Shown here piece after piece: positions 25,701-41,500 of a stretch of DNA of 64,000 bases. The first letter of the stretch is position 1; the number at the start of each line of letters is the position of its first letter. The translations under genes were made by a program, and so were the position numbers. The notes beneath the pieces were generated by a model that saw only the letters and a list, made by a program, of their open reading frames with translations, was not told the DNA's origin and did not search any database. This DNA comes from Felis catus. Taxonomy: Eukaryota. Location of the stretch: the NCBI RefSeq assembly GCF_018350175.1, contig NC_058368.1:157482001-157546000 (forward strand). The letters run 5' to 3'.

Positions 25701-26503
25701 CAACAGAGGCCCTGTGAGCAGGGCCAGCAGAACTGACGCCAGGCATTGAAAGCGCCCTGGCTACCGCAGTGTCTGCACAATAAAGGAATTCCGTCTTAAC
25801 CCAAGGTCAGTCTTCTATTCTTTCAATAACAGTTGTGGCATCTGCCCAGCAATTCAAAGACTGTGCTGGCAGATGCAGCCACACAATGGAAGATACAAAT
25901 TTTACATCAACATCTACTTTTCATAGGATTCGAACAAGGCAGATGAGACAATGAAGTCAGGTAGCAGACCGCTTCAGTCACTGTATTTTATTGCTACCCT
26001 TTTTGTATGCAGACAGTGGAAGGGGTAGGAAGTTTTCCCATATGGGTTTTGAAGTAATTTAAAATAAGTCATTACTGAACACCGATGTATACTCCTCTGG
26101 TCTCTTATCTCTAAATCTCATATTACTACACAGATTTGTTTAAAAAAAAAAAAAAGACAAATAAAGTGCCAGTCATTCATGGCTATGCTATGAAAATGTG
26201 TAAAATCCCTCACTCAGGATTCTATTTGTTTGAACACAACCAACATTTTCTGAGGGTAAGTTTAGACTTTTTATTAGGGTAACTTTTTATCATTCAAACT
26301 AGAATTAAATTAATAACTCACATCCTAACCCTGCCTGCTGGCAAAATGGACATGTTCAATATAAAACAAAAGTGAATATTTGATAATTCCTTAGTTCAAC
26401 ATTTTAAAAGACCAAGTATACGAAATAAATTATGCAAACTCTGTGGCCTTATTGTTATGTGTGTGTGTGTGTGTGTGTGTGTAGACTTTGAGACTCCCCC
26501 TAC

Positions 26504-26537
<34 letters not shown>

Positions 26538-29500
26538 ATAGCCTGAGTCTTAAAGGAAAAGGCATTAAGTGCATGTCAACCTGGCTTCTTCTTTGCCATA
26601 GACCTAGATAAATTCCAACAGATTCAGGGGATGTGGGTCTGGATCTATCCTCAGTTTGTGATAATCTCAAATGGCTTTGAAAGGTACTACATCCTTAGTG
26701 AAGGATTCAGAGACTCAGTCTGTTTCTTCAAGTCTCCAACTCTGAGAACACTCAAACTTTGCTGTACATCTCAACATACTGGGATCCAATCCTCCCAGCA
26801 CTAGCCTGACTCAGGATCACCATCTCAGCGTTGGAAGTGTGTGGACTGGGATATACCCAGGTATACTAACTCTGAACACAAGGTGTTATTACTGCTTGCC
26901 TCTTCCTGACTTGGCAAATTTAAGTACAACAGTGTTTGAGGGAAAAAGCTTACACCTACCTTTTGGGTCACTATATAGTATCATACTAATCTAAATATTT
27001 CAACAGATAAGCTGTGATGTGCAGTATAGTCAATCCAGGTCAGTGAAGGCACTGCATTTTACTATGCTGCAAAGCTCCTCTCATGTGGTAAAAAATGGTC
27101 AGTTAAATCTAAGAATTACAGACTTCCAGTATTATGGGCAAATTACAGAAAGGCAACACTCTTTAACCTCTTCATTAAAGTAACTTTTCTAAAGTCGTAT
27201 TTTCCTCGAGAATTTTGCTTTGGTTATGCTGAGTTTAAAATTGGCAGCAATGCTAAATGAGGGGCTTGAATCTTGGATGTGCTGTTTGGGGGACATTAAG
27301 GTTTAGAGGACAACTTTTTTTTTTTTTTTTAAATAAGAAAAAATATAATTTTGTTACTAGGTGTTAAAAATCATTACACCTTAGGTAAGTGGTCTTCCTA
27401 TGATTAGTTTTTCTTTAGAAGTAAAGCATTATTTTAAGCTTCTTTGCATCTCTAGGTTATCTGGCTTTGTAAGTTTTCAAAAGCTTGAAATGGTTAAATT
27501 TTACTAATGCTAGTTTACTAAAACAGTGTTCTCAAAATTGAAAAAATAATTTCTTAAGCTCTATCAAGCAAATTGCCAACAGCCTTGCATAAGACAAATT
27601 GCTTTCCCTCTGAATAAAGATGATGTTATGGATCTGCATACGCAATCTTACCTTGCTGGTTTTATAAAGAATTTGACATTTCCCCTGTGTTAACATTAAT
27701 TAAGGCAGGGGTGACCCTGTTTCTCTGGCAAAGAAGGAAAAGAATTATTTTTATCGCTAATTGTGTGTCTGGTAAAATTAGTTCAAGAATGGCAGAGAAT
27801 AGGTCACGTTGAGGTTGTGCAATACCCTGACAGTTATGGAAAAGAGCAACAAAGTCTACCTTTTAAGAGGGGGTCTCTAGAGGATAACAGTCATTTTCAA
27901 ATGTTACCATGTTATTATCAAATTTAGAAACTATGTTTAATAGTTGGCTAAAAAGAGACCAAAAATTACTGATGTTAAATATAAGAAAAGAAAAATCTGC
28001 TCCAAAGCACAACACTAAGATTATTAACACAAGGTCATTTGATAAAAAAGCATTACTAATTATATAAACAGCATAATGTCCCTCACGATAGTCTGCTCTG
28101 CCCGATCATTTAACACATGTAGTTGGTTTTACAAATGTAAAGTGTACCTTCATTGGAATCTGGACTGGAGTTGTTCAGCTTGGCAATTTCCTCTTCTTCT
28201 CTTTTAAGGTCCTCTTCCTTTTCTTCAGTCATCTCAATGTCGTGCTTTTTAATTTGGTCCTTTTCCTTGTGTTTTTTAGACTTCTTTTTGGACTTTTTGT
28301 GAGACATTGAATGGGTTTCTTCCATAGGCTTTGGACACTTTAGTAGAACTGAACCAGGGGGTAAGGTTTCCAGAGAAGTCCTAGAGGTATATTTGTCTTG
28401 CTGGTCCTCATAGATACTACTGTTTTGACTAAAACTGTCAACAGGTAGGTCTTGAGTCCCCCGGCCTTCTGGAGTGCTAGGGGAATTGGAGTTAGAATTT
28501 ACAGTCTGAGGAGGGTTGGAAACGGGCAGGTGGGTTGAAGGCAGTGGTGGAGGGGTAGGGATGGCAGCAGCTGCAGGAGGCGGCAGGAGGCCTGCAGCAG
28601 ATTTTTCACTCGTGGGATTCAAATGACCATTTAATGTTGGCGGCACTCTATTTGTCAGGTGAGATATTCGAGCTTTCTTATTCATTAAAGGATCAATGAA
28701 ATCTGAATCTAAAAGCCGTTTCTGTTGGGGAGGGGCAGAAAAACAAAAACGAGCCACTTTGCATTAAAACTCAATATGTGCATCATTGGCTACCATATGA
28801 ACAACGGTACTTATACTTTCTGATCATATAGCCCCACCCTAAGTTCTTGGAGAGACTATGCCATTTATGTGGACTGTACCACTTAGGAGAGTACTAAGAA
28901 GAGGTAACCTTCTTCCTCTGAGGGCTGTGGCTGACCTAGTTATATTAAAAGAGAGGCAGGAGAAAGCAGTTTGTACCAATTCACTCGGTGAGGACTAAGA
29001 AGGGTAGGTAAAGGGCAACAAAAGCCTACACTTATTTAACCTCCTCTAATGTGCTAACATGCTCTACTTATGAGTATTTTGGCTGCCATTTATTATTTTA
29101 CCTGTCTTAAAATGGGAACAGCCAGCACCTTCAAAGTAATTTCTCTAAGTATCTCTATTATTGCTGAAATGCTATTCAGTTTTTTTTCCCCTCTAAATAT
29201 ATCTCTTCATCAGATTGGAAGGTAAGTTTTAATAACTAGTCCATAAAAATGATATGGAATTAGTATTTCAGAAATTTAAAAAATTATGCTAATACTATCC
29301 CAATCCAGCAATAACAATATTTAAATTAAAAAGGGAATTCAGATAGTCGAAAAGTACAAAGCATACATCCAATGTAATAATGTGGCCTAAGCTTCACCTT
29401 GAAAAAAAATAACAGTTAATCATCCCATTAATTATTCTGTTTCCAATTTAGCACCATTGATTTGGCAGCCATTACATAATTAGATTATAGTATAAATAAC

Positions 29501-32500
29501 TTCATGGCAGTTGGCATTAAAAGTGAGGATTCTATAGACAATGTACATGCAAGGACAAAATTGCTTTTATTTTGTTCTCCCTCTGTTCCTCACAATAGGT
29601 TTCTAACAGTTTTTGACATGTGAGTAGCCTTTTGCCCACAGCAAGCTTACTGGTGTCCACACATCTGTCCTGTCTCCCGAATCCTTGGGAGGAGGGTCCA
29701 GAGAGAGGAGCACTGTGTGAGCAGCACTGGGGTAGATAGGTTTGTCCCACTGTCAATCCCCAAATCAGGGAAATAAAGAATCTTTTGGGGGAAATTTTAA
29801 GCTGGAAGGAGTGAGGTCTAATTGGAATATTCTGACTGGGATTTAATTGAAAAATACGTTAAGGACACACATGTATGAAAAGGACCGAATTTTTTATTTG
29901 CTTATTTTAGAAACATTTTTTCTTAAGAATATTTTTCTGGAACATGTTTCAGGTAGTATTAAATGCCTCCAATTTTCAATATAATCTGAGACTGAATACA
30001 GGACTGGGTAAGTCTTCTAGGTAGTGACCAAATAAAAAAGTAGATAATCTTATAATAAAATGGAAACTTCAAATATGGAAAAGCAGAGTAGATATTAAGC
30101 ACTTTGACAAGCAGTGCTGTGTAGTGAAAAAGAGGTGTGGGCTGTGAGCCAGGACCTGAATTCTAAACAGAGCTCTGCCATGAGCTGGCCGTGTGACTTT
30201 GGGTAGGCAAGCTGTGCGGCTTCTCTGGGCCTCATTTCTCTCATGCATAAATCAGACCACGTGAACTAGCTGGTCCCTAGAGTTCACTTAGGGGCTATGG
30301 TTATGTAATTTTAGGAATACCTGAGGAGAAGATGCAGCATCTCTACTAGAACATACAGGAGATTCTGAACGGCTGGTGCTGGCAGCATTCTGAGATGGAT
30401 TTAGTTTTCTGTAAAGGATACATACATATGTTCCAGTTATGAAGAGAATTTTCAAATGTTCATGATAAAAAGCTTACCCTTGCTTCTCTTTTCCTTCTCA
30501 ACACTAAAATAACAATAACTAATATTATCACTTACTTGATCGGTTTCAAAGAAGAAAAATTTACCTCGAGAGCACTGACTGTAATGACCGTCTGTCGATT
30601 TCATTGTATCCAGGCCAGTCTTTTTGAAGTTCTTTAAAAACATAATCCTTTAAGGTATACGAGAGGTCCTTAGGATTCAGATTGGCTACCTGGCACATAG
30701 TGTGAAAACAGAGCATTAGCCGTTTTTGCTATTTCCTAACCCAAAACAGGCAACATTTTGCATTTACACTGAAAACAACTGTACCAGTTGGCTACAAAGG
30801 GACTGCCAGTTTTGCATATGACAGGTCTCAATAAATGCTGTTTGACTTCATTGGGGAATTAAAACTTTATATATGCAGCTAAATATTTTTTCCCTGAATG
30901 TCCACCACATGACATTTCTATTCAAACAGCCTACTGAGGCAAAAAGTGGAGGAAGATTTATTTATTTATATATTTTTTTTTAAGTCAAGTTTTTCTAGTC
31001 AAAGGAGTTAGGTTAACAACTTCATTATTTACTTCTGGCCATTAACTCCCGTTACTTGTGAATCACAGTAAAAATCTTTGATCATTTGTATTACGTACAA
31101 ACCAAACAGTGTCCAAATGTTGGGTTATAAACTTTCCCTTCAGCAATCAGCAGAAATTATCTCCATAAATAGTATCAATTCTGATGCCCTTGTCTGTCAT
31201 TTCCTTGGCTTGCTAAGCTTGCTTCTTGTAGTTGCCAGATCTCCTGAAGAACCACTTATTCAAAGTCCTTGAAATTCCCGAAAACCAATAAATGGAAACG
31301 TACAGCAAAATAACCCCCAAATTACTGTTATTAGTCAGCTAGTTTATTCTCAAGTGTAATCTCTTCTTATTGCTTAACTGCAATTCATACAGTGTCCAGG
31401 CCTAGATTCCATCAACAATACAAATGTACAGATTCAGGTGCCAAAGCAAGAGTCATGTTTAAGGCTGGTGGAAAGGTAATCCTCCAGTTATTTCCTACTG
31501 AAATGTTTTTTTTTTTTTTTAAGTTTATTTATTTTGAGAGAGAGAGAGAAAGTGAGCAGGGAGGGACAGAGAAAAAGGGGGACAGAGGATCCAAAGCAGG
31601 CTCTGTGCTGACAGCAGACAGCCTGATGTGGGGCTCAAACTTGCAAACTGTGAGACCATGACCTGAGCTGAAGTCAGACACTCAGCCAACCAACTGACCC
31701 ACTCAGGTGTCCCAAAAATGCTCTTTTTAATAAATTGACTTCTTTCTGTGTCTTTTTAAAGTACTATCAAATATACTATGATAGTTTATGGTTTTTTTAC
31801 AGCTTAACATTAATCTAACATTAATACTGTTATAAAGTAGAAAATGGTAGGCTTAAGATTCAAATTTGCAAACAAGATGACACAAAACCAGATTTCTCAA
31901 AGTGGAAAAATACAATGCTTAGCTTTTTCCTATTATCCTCAGGACTACAGACTATCCTCAGGTCCTCATAATGGGACCTTCTCCTGCTTTCCTCCTTCTC
32001 CCTTTTTGTCTTTTTTGTGCACTCTTCTATATGCTGGAGTGCTTAGGACCTATTGTCTGCCTTGTATTCTTCATTGTCATCATTATTTCATTCAGCCTTA
32101 GGGCTTTCTTCTTTGCTTTCTTTCATCTCTACAACAAACATGGGCCTGGAACTCATGACCTTGAGATCAAGAATCCCATGCTCCTCCAACTGAGCCAGCT
32201 ATAAGGCTTTCAATAGCCAATTGATATACTGCTATCTCCTAATTTATAATTCTACCTCCAATTGTTGTCTCAACACCATGGCCTTATATGTAACTACTAA
32301 ACATCTATCACTATTGGGTTATGGCTAACAGACATCTCCTGAACAGAAATCCTAGTGCCCCTCCATACACCTGTTCCTTTGCCATCCCTCCCCCTCTCAG
32401 TTAATGGTCAGTATCCATTCAGTTGCTCCATTTAGTTGGTCTGGGTTAGAGTGCAGACACTGGCATTTTTTAAAAGCTCCCCAGAAGATTACAATGTGCA

Positions 32501-35500
32501 GTTAAGAATATGCTCTAGATTCTGCCAAATGATTAACATAAAGACACTCATGTCCCATTTGCTGCTGAATTAAGCATACCTACATTTTAATGTACTTATG
32601 TCTATACACATATAAAGAATCACATAACTACTGACATCAATAATACCCTCTGTGTGAATGAATTGCCATCATTTTACATTTTATCGTATAAACTTAGGAG
32701 GTAATTTACAACCTCCCTGGAGATTCAGTCACCAGATATTTTGTAATATGTAGCCTGAACCTCCCTCCTTCCCCCCCACCAAAAAAAAATTAAAACACAC
32801 ACACACTCTGACACTCATTCATTCTTTCACCCTGTCTTTTGAGCTCTTAAAACTGCTATGTGACATAAGGATTTAAATTAAGTGTTTCCAAAAAGTGTTC
32901 AAACAATTTAATAAGATCCTTGAGAATGTCCAAGATACACTGGGGGTTGATTAACCTAGAATTGGAGATTTTGGCTTTATTCTTTCATAATATTTTGTAT
33001 CATGACTTGAAAGTAAGAGAATAGATGAAAAAATGGACTTAAAAGTGTCATTCTTTGAATAATAAATGAAAACCTATAGGTTTATTTTTTTTTAATGGTG
33101 AAATTTAAGAACTGTGGAAATGTTACTGCTTTAGAAAAAAAATTCTTTGATTTGAACAGTAATCAATATTTATGACCCCAAATCAATATGAAAAATATAG
33201 CAAGTTATAGTTTGACAAACTAGTGACATCAACAAAATCTACGACCTACTTTAATACTTAAGCTTGTGATTATAAGGTAATTGATCAAAGGTAATACTTT
33301 ACATATTCATATCCCTTAATAAAGACAACTGAATGATCTCAGCACACTCAGTGGCAAAAAAAGGTAGAGTAAAAAGCATGCAGGGCAAGACACATTTGAA
33401 ACTATTTAGTAGGTAAACATATTCTAGCTTATACAAACCAAAGACTGATAAGAATAAACCGTACAACTTCACCTATATAACAATAAAAATTACAGCAGTA
33501 CTTTAGTGACCCAAGATCAAAATCAGCCAACAAAAACTTCTTACCTTTTTGGGGTGCCCAGGTGGCTCTGTCGGTTAGGCATCTGACTCTTGATTTTGGC
33601 TCAGGTCATGATCTCACACTTCATGAGTTCAAGCCCCGCACTGTGCTGAGTCTACTTGAGATTTTCTCTCTCTCCCTCTCCCTCTCCCCTGCATGTGCAT
33701 TCCCTCTCTCTCTCTCTCAAAAATAAATAAGCTTAAAAAAACTTCTTTTATAATGGAATTTCAGAGCAAAATTTGTTTAACCCAAATGAAGATAATGACT
33801 TGAAACTTCATTTTTAAAGCTTTTTTTAAGCTTCTAGCTTATAAGACCTACTATAAATGACCACATTTCAATGAGCTTTTCATTAGGTGTTGAAAACAAG
33901 ATGGCTTAATATTCAAGAGTTATAATTCATATACCATTGATCAAAATGATCCTGAAATTTCTCTACCTTAAATAATACTAACAACAAGCTTTCTAATGAA
34001 CTTCTCAACAAGAAGGCGCACAGAAGGAACTCTCTCTGCATGTCTCACCTGTTGCAGAATTGCTCCAAGGGAGTTCTTGTCTTTCTGATTGACACCATCT
34101 TTCTGCAGTCGAGCCAGGAGCTCCGGTTTCTTGTAAGCCTTCAATGCCAGTAAGTGAATCACCCTGTCCCTATATGGACGCTGAGAAACACTGCTGCTTC
34201 CGTGAGTCTTTCGAATCGTATTTGCAGGATTCATGGGGGTTGACCGTTTCCTCTCAGGCACTGCATCTGAAACAGCTTGAGGCGCTTTCCGAATTTGCAC
34301 TCTTTTCCCTAAAGTCCAGTGGAAATGACATTGTTACACATTTGTGGGTAAGATTATAATGAGCATCTCAGTTTCCTCAACTCTGATTCAGGTACTTCTT
34401 CATTTCTGGAGGGAATTATAGGCCACTTTGTTTCAGTTTTTACATTAAAGAGATATGCAAACAGAAAGCTTTTTGAATAAATGGCCTAAGATTATGGATT
34501 TGAAATTGTCTTGATAGAAGCATTTATTGGAATAAATATGTATATAGAATTATTCTGTCCATTTAGCTACATATGGATATTAATTAGTGACACAAACTGT
34601 AGCAAGTGGTTGGGAATTTTAAGGTTGTAGGTAGTTCATGTTAAGTGCAAATAAAGTAATTTCCATGCTTACCCATGCTATTTACTGACCTTATATGTAC
34701 ATATTATATGTCATTTCTTTGGCAGAAATGAATATAACAAATGTGAAATGTGAGCAATACCTGTTGTATCTCACTAAGAACACAGTTTTGGCTGAGCTGA
34801 AAAATTATCTTAATCTCACAGATTCAGGGACCACAAAGAGGGGAGTCAGACATAATTTGGGGTCAACATTCATAAAGGCAACCACAAGACATACTCCTTT
34901 TCAATAGGCCATAACAAATTTTAGGAGTCAAAAGACAAAACCAAAACCAACAAAAAATCTCAGAGGGCCAGACAAGCAGATACCTCCTCTGCAGGGCTGA
35001 AGCTACACAGGTGAATTAGAGGAATGGAAAATGGTAAAAATGAGGCCTTCCCATCATTCCTGCCAGGCGAGTGCCATTTGGTAATTAACCCACTTTCTGC
35101 TTAAACTTAACACTGAGAAGTGGCAAATGTTTCCTTCTAGAAAAACAAAACCAGGTAACAATTCCTTGTTGAAGAAAAAATTAGAATTAAACTGCTGTGT
35201 AAGACCCTCATTTTATCATTTTTGAGGTGGACTCGTATAGCACCTTTCATACACTCTGAACCTCCAACTCTATGCCATGTGGTTGGGGGGCAGATATTAA
35301 TAACATATAATGTAGGACAACTGCATTAGGAACAAGACTAGCAACTAGAAACAGCAGATAAGCAAAAGCAGTCTCTTAAGTGCTGCAGTCTGGGGTGAAA
35401 ACAGCTTAATGGAGCAAGAGCAGTACTGATAGTAACTCTATCCATGCAGGGGTCCTGAGGCCTGGCCAGAGGGGCTGTTAGTTTGACACAATCCTACGTA

Positions 35501-38500
35501 GAATAGAGGAGAAAGGGTGAATGATCTCACTGGCTTTTGTATTTCCCTACTGCCTGGACATAACAAATTGTAAATATCAGATCAAAATATTGCACAACAA
35601 GAGAACTCAACATTAAAGGAGCACTACTCAGTGATAAGAAAAGCTATTAAGGTGCAATTAGAGTTTTGGAGATAGATTTAGATTTGGTTTCTGTATTTTT
35701 CTTAGAGATAGATCAATGTCAGATGGGCAGGGAGCTAATATTTATCATGAACCAATTATGTGGTGGGGGAGCACTATATTAAGACCTTTACATTCATTAG
35801 ATCTCACAATACAGTAACCTGATGAAACAGGCATGGTCCCACTCACAGATGAGAAAACTGAGACTTTCAATGGGATAAGCTCAAACGGTAAAGTGCTCAC
35901 TTAACATGTGGAAGGTTCTGTTATTAATTAGTACCTAAGTTTTCCTACATGTACTTCTTTGTGGGAAAGGCATTATGAACAAATGCCCAATGTCTGCCAT
36001 TGTTTCATCTTAGGCTGTAAACTCCATATGGGCAGGGCTGTGGCTGCTTTGTCCACTAGCAGACCTTGATTCAGTATTTGATGACTAGCAAAATGTCAAT
36101 GTGAATGACAGCAAGAGAGCAAGTAGACAGCAGAGAAGCCGGAATCAATGTGGTCTGTATTTTCCCACACTGCCAGGATGCTAGCATATGAAGACACACT
36201 AAAATTTCTAAAACAGCAAACATAAACCTTCCAATCTACCACTTCTTAGTTATAATCATATTAACAAACACTACTGTTCCTCGAAATTTGAATAGGAATT
36301 TGTGGGGAAAAAAATCCAGGGTCACAAAAGTTTAGGAAGTGCTATAAATCCCACACTCCTACCCTACCCTTTGTAACCTGTTTAGCTTATACTTCACCAA
36401 ACAAAGCTGACTATGGAGCCCTGCCCACCACTCTTCTCTGGGGAGGTGAGTGGACAGAGAATGTTTTTTAGCTGGGCTCACACACACCATGATTGGTCAT
36501 TTAGAATGAATTCAAGCCAGCAAGGAAGACAAATAAAAACAAAAAGTGACAGTACTACCAGTGTTTTCCAGGCTGCCCTACCTCCTTTGTATGTCTGACC
36601 CACCTCCGATCCTCAGTCTCCAGAAAGCCCCAAGGTCTCCTGAGTTTGCCCCTGCCCCTCCCTGAAGTAAGCATAGGGCAGACAAATACGGGAGGCTCTC
36701 TAAGAGGAGCATGGGTATGATGTTTGACCAAAAATTAGAATCTGGTCTGGGATATGACAGCAGTGGAGTCTCACCTGGGGCCTAATGCTAGGCTGTCACT
36801 GGTACATGAATCTCCTACCCCTAGTACACTCACTTCACCTTTATCTCATTTTTCTTTTGTTTATTTTTTACTTGTTATTTTTTTTAATGTAAGCTTTATG
36901 CCCAAAATGGGACTTGAACCCAGGACCCTGAGATCAAGTGTTCCATGGTCTATTGACTGAGCCAGCCAGATGCCCTGTTTTCCCTTTGAACAGCCACTTG
37001 TGGGGTAACCCATTTCTTTTAAATGCTAAAAGAACAACAGAGCCACACTAGGCTACTGAGTTTCACACAAAGACTGCCACCCCATCAATCTGTGCCTATT
37101 TAACCAGGAAGGAGTCCTCTAGTTCAAGGTAGGACAGGCTACAGATGAAGAAAACATCAGTACTCTAAGTAGTTACAGAATTGAGATGCTAAAAAGAAAA
37201 GCAAGAAAATGTCAGTTCAAAGTGGGCAGAAGAAAGGCTTTATTTCTTTACATTTGCTTCAGAAAAGCTCTTTTAATAAAGCCCATGGGAGAACTTAATT
37301 CTCTTCCCAGACCCAACTGCTAATCAATTCCCTAGGCTCCTTATATAAACATCAGCAGTGGGTCTGATAGAGTTGGGTAATCTGGGACTATATCTGAACT
37401 GCTGTTTCATAACAAGGAGTCTACTTCTAACTTCTCCATTTAATATGAGATGGTGAAAGTATTTATCCCTTTGTCTAACAGCTGTGAGTAAACAATCTGA
37501 AAGGAAGGTGTTAAAATAGTACATCAGAAAGAGAGCAGGGACTGCCATCTTCTGTAGTTGTTTTTCTGTTCTGTGGAACCTGATCAGAAGCCCTGGCAAC
37601 ACGGACCCAATGCTTTAAAAACACTGGCAGGACCTTGATGACGGGGTGACTGTCATGGTTAAATACATAAGCCAATGCAATGGAAACCATCTCCACATTT
37701 GGCATTTATGATCACTTCTTCCAAAGGTTTATTATTCAAATATATATTCATAATGGTCAAAAATGTTATAATTACAAAGGACTTTCGATGTTATCCAGTT
37801 CAAATACCCCTTATTTAATAACTGAGAAAATTAAGGTCCACAGATGTTAAATGATTTGTCGAAGGTCATTCAAACATGTACTACATCATCAAAAATAAGC
37901 AGGATGAGGCAGAAGTTGGGAAAATTGGAAAAAGAATCCTAGAAATTAGATTGGTTGGGTTATTTTATAAACCTAAATAAGTATTAGCATGTATTACCAA
38001 TTTACAATTCAATAACATTTCAGAATTTAGGTACAAGTCAGTGAGCAGACTTATTAGTAAAATGGAAGCAGTGATTAGTGATTTTGTTTTTTTTAAACAA
38101 AGGGAAAGGATTATGACAACACAACAATGCTCACCACTGATATAAATGTCATGACTAGAAGTGGAAATATTCTGAAGAAATACTAATGATGTTTTCTAGG
38201 TTAAAGCCTCTCCTGCTCCTCTCCAGGCAAAATAGATTTTGGTTTTGCTCAGTCTACAAGAGGGTCGCAAAAGCTTATATTTTTGGGTGACTAGGCCAGG
38301 TGACCCCTAGGGGCAGTCTTCACCCTCTCACACTGAGCTTGTGGCCCAATTCAGCTGCCAGAGGCTGTGCCACCACAGCCCCTCAATGAGACTAGCATTA
38401 TTCCTATTTGTCCTCCACCCAGGCTGACGCTGTTGAAAGAAGCCTTGTTCTGCAGGTACTTCTAAGGTGGCAGAGGTGAGCTTCTGGTATCATTTTATAT

Positions 38501-41500
38501 GATATATTCAATTATGAACTAAAGGAAATAACACAACGTGTTAAGAGGCCAAACCCGTATTTGATATTTGTTGATTCTAACTATGTGATACGTAAAATGG
38601 AGAGGCAATGATAACTTCCCTTATGGGGTGATTTTGAGATCTAGATGAGTAACTACATGTAAAGTGCTAACCAGTGTCTTTGCATAGCAAGTACTCCGTA
38701 AGTACTGGGTACTGTTAGTATTGAAGGGTGAATGATGAGCATTCCAAAGTAATGAATGAGTCAGTTTGGAGGTACTGAAAAAGGCAGGAAGACACAAACT
38801 GAGCTGCCTAAAAGAAAGAAACATGGTAAAGGACTAGCAATGAATAAGATTAAAAGAAAAAGGTCAAAATATACCATAACAAAGAAGAGTAAAAAATTAA
38901 AAAGTTTTGAATTCTGATGTGAGGAAATGGAGGCAGTGCAGAGGAGAGCAATAAAAATAATTAAAGAGTTGGGATACAGGCCATCTTAAGAAAAGTTAAA
39001 AGGAGCTGGGGTTATTTGACCCAGAGAGTAAAAAGCTGAGGAGGTTAATGACAAGATTTAAGACCAGAGAAGAACACTGTACTGTGCTGGCGGGCCACCA
39101 GGGCACCGAGGACAAGCAGAGTGGAGCACGTAGGCTGGCAGATATCACTACAGGGCTCTGTGGGGCAAACATATGTGTGTGCAGAGGGAGGCCAGCTTGT
39201 CTGAGAATGGCATGGATGTAATCTGGTTCAAATTTAAGCTTAGATAACCTCAAATTTTATGTAGTCACTCCTAAAAAATGTATGTAAGTTATCGGTAATG
39301 CCTATAAGAAACCCTGCAAGTTCTGAAATTCCTTGAAGGGTATGGTTTATGTGATTTTATGTGTTGAAAATTCTGCTGTGTAACATGCTGTGCAGATAAA
39401 CTGTATCTGACCCTATCAAAACAAACAAACACACAAACAGAGGGGACACCCAAGGATAATTCTATGGAAAGGTACAATCACTGCTTATTTGCAGACTTTG
39501 GAACAAATCAAGGTAAAGTTTTTCAGCTAGTTCCATTGAGAGGGAAAAAAAATCCTTTTGATGGCTTCAGTCTTCTTTTCCTTTGTCAAACACACCAATT
39601 TGTCTCACTGTTTATAAATGGTGGTATTGGACAGAGTAGAAAAATATTTCACAGTTTGTACTTAAGTGTGCCAGATTGTGTGTGTTTTTAAAACAATTTA
39701 AGATTTAGCCTACTACAGAGAAAGTTAATTAAGTTACTTGTGAGCATAAAGAGAAAGAAAGGAAGTTGGAAGTTGTTACCTCACTCAGCAGGAAAGGGAA
39801 GGTGAAAAATCTCACTGCTGGTAACTTAGTGGGTTGGGAATGGGCCCCATGGGTACAGATACCTGGGGAATCCATGAATTGTTGTTAAACCAAACTAAAT
39901 GTATCTAAGCTAAGCACCAAGTCCCAAGAGCACTGGCTGTGTTCCAAAGAAATACTTATTAAAGACACCAGTGGAGCTTCTCAAAGCTGAATGTACTGTA
40001 GCTGGGTCAGCAATGGGAAAATGCAGAAGTAAAATTAAACCAAACCATGGAAAGATGTTAATTAAAGAATTTGGTTATTCAAGAGACTCTTTTTGTGTGC
40101 ACTTACATTTCCAAATTAATATTCTTTCATCATTTATGTATGGTGACTTATGTCATTAAACTGACCAAAGCCTCAAAGAGCTCTTCTTCACTCCTGATAA
40201 TTCTCCCTATTACTGTTAATAGTCACTGTCAATCAACTCTTTAAAATTGTTAGGGTCACTGCTCATAAAGGAGAGATTCATCTTGCTGGTCTGGTCCTAC
40301 TTCCCTTCATTCTGATGGATATTTGTGTGAGCTGATGATAAAGATGATGGGGCTGGGGCAGACTCTTAATTAATGGATACATGAGGATGAGAATCCATAA
40401 ACGGCATCACAACTGAGGTACCAAAAAGGCATCACCCTAATGCTTTGCTATAAGCACATTTTATATTTTGCAATAAAAATTCCTTGTGCAAAAGATCCTC
40501 TGAAATTCTACCAATGGATTTTACTGTAAAAATAACCCTACAATGCAAAACAAGACCTATACTGTCCATCACTGAAATGACATCACCCAGTGTCAAAGAA
40601 AACACAATGGTACCACTATTATAACCTCAAAAGTAACATGGCCAAATCCCAGTATTGTGAAATAATAACAAACAGCTAACAAAGGATTCAGGATTTTCTA
40701 CCTGTTGAACTTACTATCAGTGTAAAGAGAAGAGATGATTTTTGACCATGTTATTTAAAATGTTCTAGAAACGAATTCTATGTTAAAATTAAATTAATAT
40801 TACCAGTATTTACCTACAGTGGTCTTGAATTATTCCAATAATTCAATGAGAAGGAGAACGATATCTATACAAACCTACATATGGTCCACCGGGTTTGATA
40901 ACTTTTGTGCTTCGGTTGCGGGATTCCTCCTCTGCCTGGGTCATTCTTTCTCGTGTCATCTGATACGAGTCATTCGTTGCACACACTGTAATTTTATCTT
41001 GTATGAATCCCAGGCAATTGAGCTGGGAGGCTCCAGAGCTGTCAAGTAAGACAGTGGCTTTGTTAGAGACATCCCTCATTTTGCACACTAAAAGGAAGTG
41101 AGAGCTGTATAACCCTAAAATCAGCAGCCCGAATAATAGCTTTGCAATCTGGAAATAACTAATATTAATAACAAGATGTTGAAATTTAAAATATTTAAAT
41201 TTCTCTCCTTCATTTCATATCACTTTTTTTTCATAATCTGAATAGAACAGGTAAAATGAACTCTCAGAGACCAAATCTGTAAAATTCTGAAAAAACATTA
41301 GTATTTATGTTAAAGACCATAGTCTCAATGAGCACTGTAGTTCTGTCATTTTTAAAAAAAATTATCTACCACTGATATGAAAAATGTTTAGTTTACCCCT
41401 ATAGAAACCATAATATGCATGCTTTAGAACTAACTAGAAGACACAGACCTACTGTAATGCTTTTTATTTTCAGTAAGATAATTAATTTTAAGACCAAAAT

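Noticed and set aside
28110..28147. Read-through of exon 8 to an in-frame stop ([11 protein letters not shown]) as a truncated isoform
   Set aside because: This is ordinary intronic ORF extension, and I saw no nearby canonical poly(A) signal.
36877..36975. tRNA-Lys-like sequence (also at 32130-32200)
   Set aside because: The stems are degenerate and it has an A tail, so it is a tRNA-derived Can-SINE rather than a functional tRNA gene.
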